Under the pieces are notes generated by a model. That model was not told the DNA's origin, made no database searches, and worked only from the letters and a program-made list of their open reading frames with translations. Source: Macrostomum lignano (taxonomy: Eukaryota). From it: a stretch of 64,000 nt of DNA. Positions 35,732 through 64,000 of this stretch are shown piece by piece. The stretch spans positions 73,868 through 137,867 of the forward strand of contig NIVC01002254.1 in assembly GCA_002269645.1 (NCBI GenBank). The letters run 5' to 3'. Every line of letters starts with the position of its first letter. The stretch's first letter is position 1. Position numbers and translations under genes: made by a program.

Positions 35732-36247
35732 TGCACTCATGATTCACAATTCTTTATCGTTCAAGCTTGTCTCGGTTCATCTTGTACTTCGTCCAAAAGT
35801 CTTGGAGCAAGACTTGCTGATTCATAATTAGCCATCTCAACTTTTCTGTTGATACGAGATGATGGAGACCCTTTAGTCAGGCATATTTCTCTGGATTCAA
35901 CATTCTCTGGACGTAGAAAGCAGATCAGAGTGGTAACAAAAGTCTGCATCGTCCCTATCCAGATTAAAATGAACTTTAGTCTATGGCTTCACTCTCTATC
36001 CATCAGCGAATCAAAAACAGGCTTGACCATAGACAATCTCTACTCAACTGCGACACCCAGCCTATCGCAAATAAACCAATTGCATTGTCACATTGTCACA
36101 TCGAGTCGCAGGTTAATTTGGGTCGCTGTAAACTGTTTGTTCTTGACACTATTTGTTATAGTTTTAAATTGTTCAAATTCCGGAAACTTTTGGCTCACCC
36201 TAATAATAATAATTATCTTAACTAATTACACCTGCCCTAATGGCCAG

Positions 36248-36469
36248 ATATGCAACCGACAGCTCAGCCGCAGCTATTGCGCGGCGCATCTGAAGGCTGC
36301 GTACGGCTGTTCAGTCCAAACTGGGGGGTCGCCACACACCCTCAATCACCCAAGCTAATGCTGGCACCCATTTTACAGCTGGGTGAACTGAAGCAATGCA
36401 GAGTTAAGTGTCTTGCTCAAGGACACAAATTGTTACGAGTGGGATTGAGAATCGAACTTCCGACCTTTC
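36248..36469 (-). mobile_element. SINE family 1 (CORE-like), 5'-truncated copy
   Basis: Reverse complement closely matches about 21170-21380 and retains CCCAGCTGTAAA in the CORE-like tail, which is deleted in the 21128 copy. Confidence 0.85.
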
Positions 36470-36939
36470 AAGGACTGGCTTGGAACACGATCGGTACAGC
36501 ACGCATCAGATTTACAGCGTATTTTAAATCAGCTCTCCTGGGTGCAGGTGCAAAAGCCAGTCCTTGAAAATAAGCAGAAGTTGTTAGAAACCAGAGACAG
36601 CACCTATTCCTGACTGTAATCCGATCTTACAGGTGCTGTCTCTGACCATTTTCAGTCAGTTGATATCGTGAATTCTTCAAACTTGGTAAAGGATCTGCTT
36701 CAGGACCCTGGGATTGTTGTGCGTATTTTTCATTCCCGTCAGTCCTTTGCAAAGTGAATAATCAGTTTTGATGGCTTTTTGAGCCGCAGTTGTACTTTTC
36801 CGTGAAACAAATCCATATTGCTAAAATTTTAGTGCAGTTTTATAGTCTAATATAAAGACTGCGCCACATATCGGGAATTGGCTTATGTCTGCTTGTAGGT
36901 TATCGTGTAGGTAGAGAGAGGTAAAGAGAAATATGGGTA

Positions 36940-37400
36940 GAAAAGGGATAGCGAGAGGTAGAGTGGTAGAGAGAGATAGAAAGGTAGAGAGAAGAGATCG
37001 AGAGAAAGAAGTAGAGAGAGAAGTAGAGAGAGGTAGAGAGAGCAGTAGAGAGAGGTAGAGAGAGAAGTAGAGAGAGGTAGAGAGAGAAGTAGAGAGAGGT
37101 AGAGAGAGAAGTAGAGAGAGGTAGAGAGAGAAGTAGAGAGAGGTAGAGAGAGAAGTAGAGAGAGGTAGAGAGAGAAGTAGAGAGAGGTAGAGAGAGAAGT
37201 AAAGAGAGGTAGAGAGAGAAGTAGAGAGAGGTAGAGAGAGAAGTAGAGAGAGGTAGAGAGAGAAGTAGAGAGAGGTAGAGAGAGAAGTAGAGAGATGTAG
37301 AGAGAGAGAAGTAGAGAGAGAGGTAGAGAGTTAGAGAGGTAGAGAGAGAAGAGAGTTGGAGAGTTAAAGAGAGTTGGTAGAGAGAGTCAGAGAGAAGTAG
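36940..37400. repeat. GA-rich repeat (AGAGAGAGAAGTAGAGAGAGGT)n
   Basis: Direct periodicity. Confidence 0.9.
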
Positions 37401-37919
37401 AGCGAGTGTAAGTGCAACCGTTTCTTTTATTTCTCCCCTTCTCTTCTTTCCATTTCCTGATTCCTATTTTAGTTTACAAAAAATGCCCCCAGGGAACCTG
37501 TAATTATCAGTTTCCCCTGACAGTTTTCTAATAATAAAATAGTCAGTTTTGATTTTGCCCTGCTCGAGCAGCATTCGACATGGGTCATTGCACGCGAGAA
37601 AAAGATGCTGTCTTAAGGATGAGAATTAGTACATTTTTCCCTTCGTGGTTGAATTGGCAAAGGCGTTGTTGCCTATTTTTTCAAGTGCTGCCCGAGCGGA
37701 AATCCATTAGGGTTAGGCTTATTTTATGCCTATTTCATGGGCAACTGCCTAGGCCAGAGAGAGGCGATGCTCTCCCCGAGGGTTACTTGTTTGTACTATT
37801 CCAAAGGAGTACTACCAAACTTATCAACTAGTCATCGAACTTGTTTTTGAATAAATTTGTATGATAGAAATAGTGGAATATGATATTATAAGATTTAAAG
37901 TATATTTACAATAATCATC

Positions 37920-38838
37920 AATCTCCCCAGTCTCACCAATCTCACCAATCTCACTAATCAATCTCATCAATCTAATCAATCTCATCAATCTCACCAATCT
38001 CACCAATCTCACCAATCTCACCAATCTCACCAATCTCACTAATCTCACCAACCTCACCAATCTCACCAATCTCACCAATCTCACCAATCTCACCAATCTC
38101 ACCAATCTCATCAACCTCATCAACCTCACCAATCTCACCAACCTCACCAATCTCACCAATCTCACCAATCTCAGCAACCTCACCAATCTCACCAATCTCA
38201 CTAATCTCACCAACCTCACCAATCTCACCAACCTCATCAATCTCACCAATCTCACCAATCTCACCAATCTCACCAATCTCACTAATCTCACCAACCTCAC
38301 CAATCTCACCAATCTCACCAATCTCATCAACCTCATCAACCTCATCAATCTCACCAACCTCACCAATCTCACCAATCTCACCAATCTCACCAATCTCACC
38401 AATCTCAGCAACCTCACCAATCTCACCAACCTCACCAATCTCACCAATCTCACCAATCTCAGCAACCTCACCAATCTCACCAACCTCACCAATCTCACCA
38501 ATCTCACCAATCTCACCAATCTCACCAATCTCACCAACCTCACCAATCTCACCAACCTCACCAATCTCACCAATCTCACCAATCTCACCAATCTCTACAA
38601 TCTCAACAATCTCATCAATCTCATCAATCTCGTCGATCTCACCAATCTCACCAATCTCACCAATCGATCTCTCCAATCTCACCAATCTCACCAATCTCAC
38701 CAATCTCACCAATCTCACTAACCAATCTCATCAATCTCATCAATCTCACCAACCTCACCAATCTCACCAATCTCACCAATTTCACCAATCTCACCAATCT
38801 CATCAATCACACTAATCTCACCAATCTCACCAATCTCA
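37920..38838. repeat. 9-bp repeat (AATCTCACC)n
   Basis: Direct periodicity; explains the VRL and IGE ORFs. Confidence 0.95.
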
Positions 38839-39206
38839 AGGGAGACAGCAGCGTGACTCACAGGGATGCAGCCCTTTGTGGTCTAGGTCTAGGTTTTGTA
38901 ATTTCTAAGAAATTTCTTCAAGTAGCCAAGTAGTTTGAGTTCCAATTTTCGAGAATTAAAAGCATTAGGATAGACTTGTAGTTTCCACAGATTCGAACCT
39001 ACCGAAAGACTTGGGACTTTACTACCGGGCCTTGGAGTTGTGTGACGGTTGGAACGATGACGTTGCAACAGTCAATGAGCATTTGTGCCGTTTGAAAACA
39101 GTTGCGTCGTGCATCGGGCGTTGGCTTTCCTGAAGCTAGGGTTGAGAGAGGGGGGGGGGAGAGAGGAGACAGAAATGAGGCATACTCCCCCCCCCTAACT
39201 CAGAAG

Positions 39207-39219
39207 CCAGCCAATCAGC
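39207..39219 (+). promoter_or_regulatory. CCAAT box (AGCCAATCAG) upstream of the SCYL2-like gene
   Basis: Matches the NF-Y consensus about 135 bp 5' of the proposed ATG. Similar boxes lie upstream of the DEG/ENaC gene (28472-28476) and the ankyrin gene (32584-32588). Confidence 0.45.
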
Positions 39220-39347
39220 GAGCCACGCGAGGATCTTAAAAGCAGCCTGTCTAAGACCAATTCGCTCTGGTTCCTCCGTGTCTTCGCTATAATTTCTTCA
39301 AGCTCCGCAGTCCTCTACTAGAAGAAGATCTCTGTCTATTGATAGAA

Positions 39348-60927
<21,580 letters not shown>

Positions 60928-62728
60928 ACTTTTTATAGATTTTTATTGTTTGTTTTTGTTTGCTGTTGTGAGAATCGCTTTTCCTTCGAATACTCTGGTA
61001 GAGACAAGTCAATGTAGCGGTGAAGCAGGAGGTCGAGCGGACACGAAGTCATTGTGCTAGTAGCTAGAACTCCCAAATGCATTGTTCAGTAGTAATAATG
61101 TATATGTCACGATGGCCAATGCTAGTCGTAAGTTTAAGGACAAACTAAAATCTATCTAAAATGGAAAATCTGCAAAAATCTATGTTCTAAGTCTAGGCTG
61201 TGTTATTGGTAAAGACGGAATCTAAAGAAAGTGGTAAAGTAAGCCAAATAGTTTCTAATTGTTGTATACTTTTGTTCTGTTTCATTAAAAGGCAAAATGA
61301 ACTCTCTCATGCATATAAGTCGTACTTATAGTAGTTTACCGCATTGCTGTGTAGCCGTCAGCTTACCTGTGCATGCCCCTTTGTGTGCGTGTTCGTGCCG
61401 CTGGCCTTATCGAGACCTTCAGACTGAAAATATTTTTCGCTTTGTGCTCATACCCCATTCCCTTCTTTAGTGCTCAACCTACTGAGTCAAAGTAATGCCA
61501 GACAAAACTCAGACTCCTTTTGTGCTTAACTAGAAAGAGTTACTGTAAGCATTGCATGCAGGTCGAAACTGTCAATTACAGGCCAAAATGTCTTTTGAGT
61601 AGAGGAGCTGTCTCTGTGTGCTTTGTTAGAATAGATTAACTGCATGTATTAGTCCGTGTCCTTCCAGACCACGCCTGGATAGCCAATTTAGATTGTGTCG
61701 CAAGGGTTGCCGCGCATTTTAGCTTACTTCATCAAATTTGTTCGCGTTCAAGTTGCTCTGAGGCCTTAAAGTTGTTCCCTTGTTAGTCAGGACAATTCAT
61801 CATAGCCGGGTTAGATTGACAAAATCCTAATTGCCCAAAGGTCCAAGTCAAATTCGTAACCAGCATAGGAGTTTAAGTGACATTAGGCATTTCCATAGTT
61901 TGTCATAGGCGGAGAAATTAGTACTCGGAGAAATTAATTATTAACATCATTACAGTACACAGTATCATGGCGAACAAACTCCTTTATACTCAATAATACT
62001 CCCGAACTAATCCGTCATCCGTTTAGCACGCGTTCAACATTCTGAACTTCGATCAGTGGATTTATAGGCTCAAAAACACCTGTCAAAGAAGTGAGAAATC
62101 GTTAGGTTAAGAATGCAACCAACGGTAGAGAAGTAGAAGGCAAGCGATTTGCCGGAGCCGCAGCCACTCCATGTCTGATAGAGTCGCTTATGGCTGCAAA
62201 GGCTGAGTTGAAGACAAAAAGTGGCAACACGATGCGGGGCTACTTGAGTCGATTGAATGGCCTCCGTATCCAGCCTCCCCCCCCAGCCTGTTGAGAGCTG
62301 TAGGAGAAGGTCTTCACTAGAAAAATCAATGCTTGGCATCGGACTTTTTATGGAGCGTTACAGAGGCCGCTCTTCTCTTGTGGCTCTCTCTGCTTGAATC
62401 CAATCTACTACATTACCTTGTACGATTAACATTTAAGGTTAGCCTACTAATTACTCTAAGCGGTACAATAGCAGCTTAGAAAATGATTTCGGCGATGATT
62501 GACTGCAACACCAATAATAAAGTTTATATGCGCACTCAACAGTTGATTTGCAGAAGTTTGGATCGACTACGGATGCTGAGTTTAATTAGGTTATTCAGCC
62601 AACAGAGTGGCTCGCATGGCAATTTACACGCTTGCACGACATTAACAACTATTAGGAAAATAGGGAACTGGCCAGTGAGTGGTTACTTCAAAATGTATCT
62701 TGTAGCTCGGGCTATTGTTGTTCTCTAT

Positions 62729-63183
62729 TCATTCTTCGTTGCGCTTCTTCCAGTCGTAGGTTCCAGGTTGGACAAAGCGCTCTTCCAGTCGTAGGTTCCA
62801 GGTTGGACAAAGCGCTTCTTCCAGTCGTAGGTTCCAGGTTGGACAAAGCGCTTCTTCCAGTCGTAGGTTCCAGGTTGGACAAAGCGCTTCTTCCAGTCGT
62901 AGGTTCCGGTTGGACAAAGCGCTTCCCAGTCGTAGGTTCCGGGTTGGACAAAGCGCTTCTTCCAGTCGTAGGTTCCAGGTTGGACAAAGCGCTTCTTCCA
63001 GTCGTAGGTTCCGGGTTGGACAAAGCGCTTCTTCCAGTCGTAGGTTCCGGGTTGGACAAACCTCTTTGAATGGGCCGTCTCGCTGTCATCGAGTGAAGCA
63101 GTAGAAGCCGCACCACGAGCCGATCCAATCTCGAAACAGAGAGCGCACATGGCAAGCAGTACCACTATCAGAGCAGGCCTCAT
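62729..63183 (-). CDS. Multi-copy neuropeptide precursor: signal peptide, acidic spacer, 9 x FVQPGTYDW separated by KR/KKR; three small deletions break the frame as given
   Basis: MRPALIVVLLAMCALCFEIGSARG signal, then ...AHSKR, nine 36-bp units encoding FVQPGTYDWKKR, then NEE-stop. Units at 62919-62952 (-2), 62884-62918 (-1) and 62777-62811 (-1) are short; restoring 4 nt gives a 152-aa ORF. Confidence 0.85.
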
Positions 63184-64000
63184 TGCTACGAGTTTTGTTC
63201 CCTATTCACTGAATCTCTCCAAGCAGATTTGCAGATCTTTGCAACTTCCTAATAAACTAGTTGAAACTGGCAAATGATGCAAGCAGTCTTCTATTTCCGA
63301 TGGGCACCTCGTTCATATGTACCTCCCTGTCGACTAAAACTCATTGGCTAAATCCACAGCAAGGACTCTGAGCTCATGTCACTGCCAATGCAATGAACCA
63401 ATGGGATCAGAACTAGCATGCACTCATTAATGGAACGACAAAATCGATCAAAAGTAGCCAAAAGCTTTACGCCTGGACAGTTAAATACAAAAGGAGGGAA
63501 TCATAGCCATGCGTAGAATAAAGAACTCAGATTAAATGGGTCTGAAGTCGATGCAAGTGAATTAATCAAGATACTCGTATTATGACAAGACGACCATAAA
63601 GAATAATCGAAGGACCTACGCTCGTATTTTGAAGTGCCACGATTCAAGCTAGTTTAAGACATTTAAAGTTCGGGAATTAGCCGTAGGTTAGTCTATCGTG
63701 GACAAGATGGACAAAATCTCAATATTAATGAAATCAAGCACTGAGACCGTTCCAAACGGATGTGTTCAATTAGCTAGCTGCATTATTACAAAAATTCTAA
63801 CGTGCTTGAAACGTGAGCTCTTGTCCCGTAAGATTTGATCTAATAAGACCCGGCTTCGACGCCTCTAAATCCTGCTTTGTGATCCCTACCCGCGATACGA
63901 CATTCGCCTGCGCGCATTATGTTTCAGATTGAAGAATTCATTCGAGCCGCCCTATCGTCTCATCACACGCAGGTCAGGAATTTGTGCGACGCATCAGCAA

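Noticed and set aside
62712-63155. Alternative-frame ORFs over the peptide array (SNPEPTTGRSAL, DKALLPVVGS)
   Set aside because: Off-frame or antisense readings. Only the FVQPGTYDWKKR frame has a signal peptide and cleavage sites.

Overview
Eukaryotic, spliceosomal-intron-rich genomic DNA: GC-rich exons set in AT-rich spacers with more than 30 micro/minisatellite arrays. Gene content and style suggest a free-living flatworm such as Macrostomum (inference only). I found no rRNA, tRNA genes or CRISPR arrays. Spliced models built by hand from GT-AG sites with consistent phases: an ankyrin-repeat/SOCS-box (ASB) gene (-, 3620-5898, 2 exons); a DEG/ENaC-family channel (-, 25333-28361, 3 exons); an orphan ankyrin protein (-, 30988-32464, 3 exons); and a 15-exon SCYL2-like pseudokinase (+, 39348-60927). 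There are two single-exon neuropeptide precursors: a C-terminal MRF-amide precursor resembling NKY (+, 842-1081) and a nine-copy FVQPGTYDW precursor (-, 62729-63183) that I cannot assign to a known family. Mobile DNA includes a near-intact Crypton tyrosine-recombinase element in SCYL2 intron 6, two tRNA-derived SINE families, and a minimal hammerhead-ribozyme motif probably left by a Penelope-like element. A candidate unrecognised minus-strand gene (6543-18944) appears to span an 8.6-kb satellite as one intron. The very long ORFs in the ORF track are repeat artefacts.
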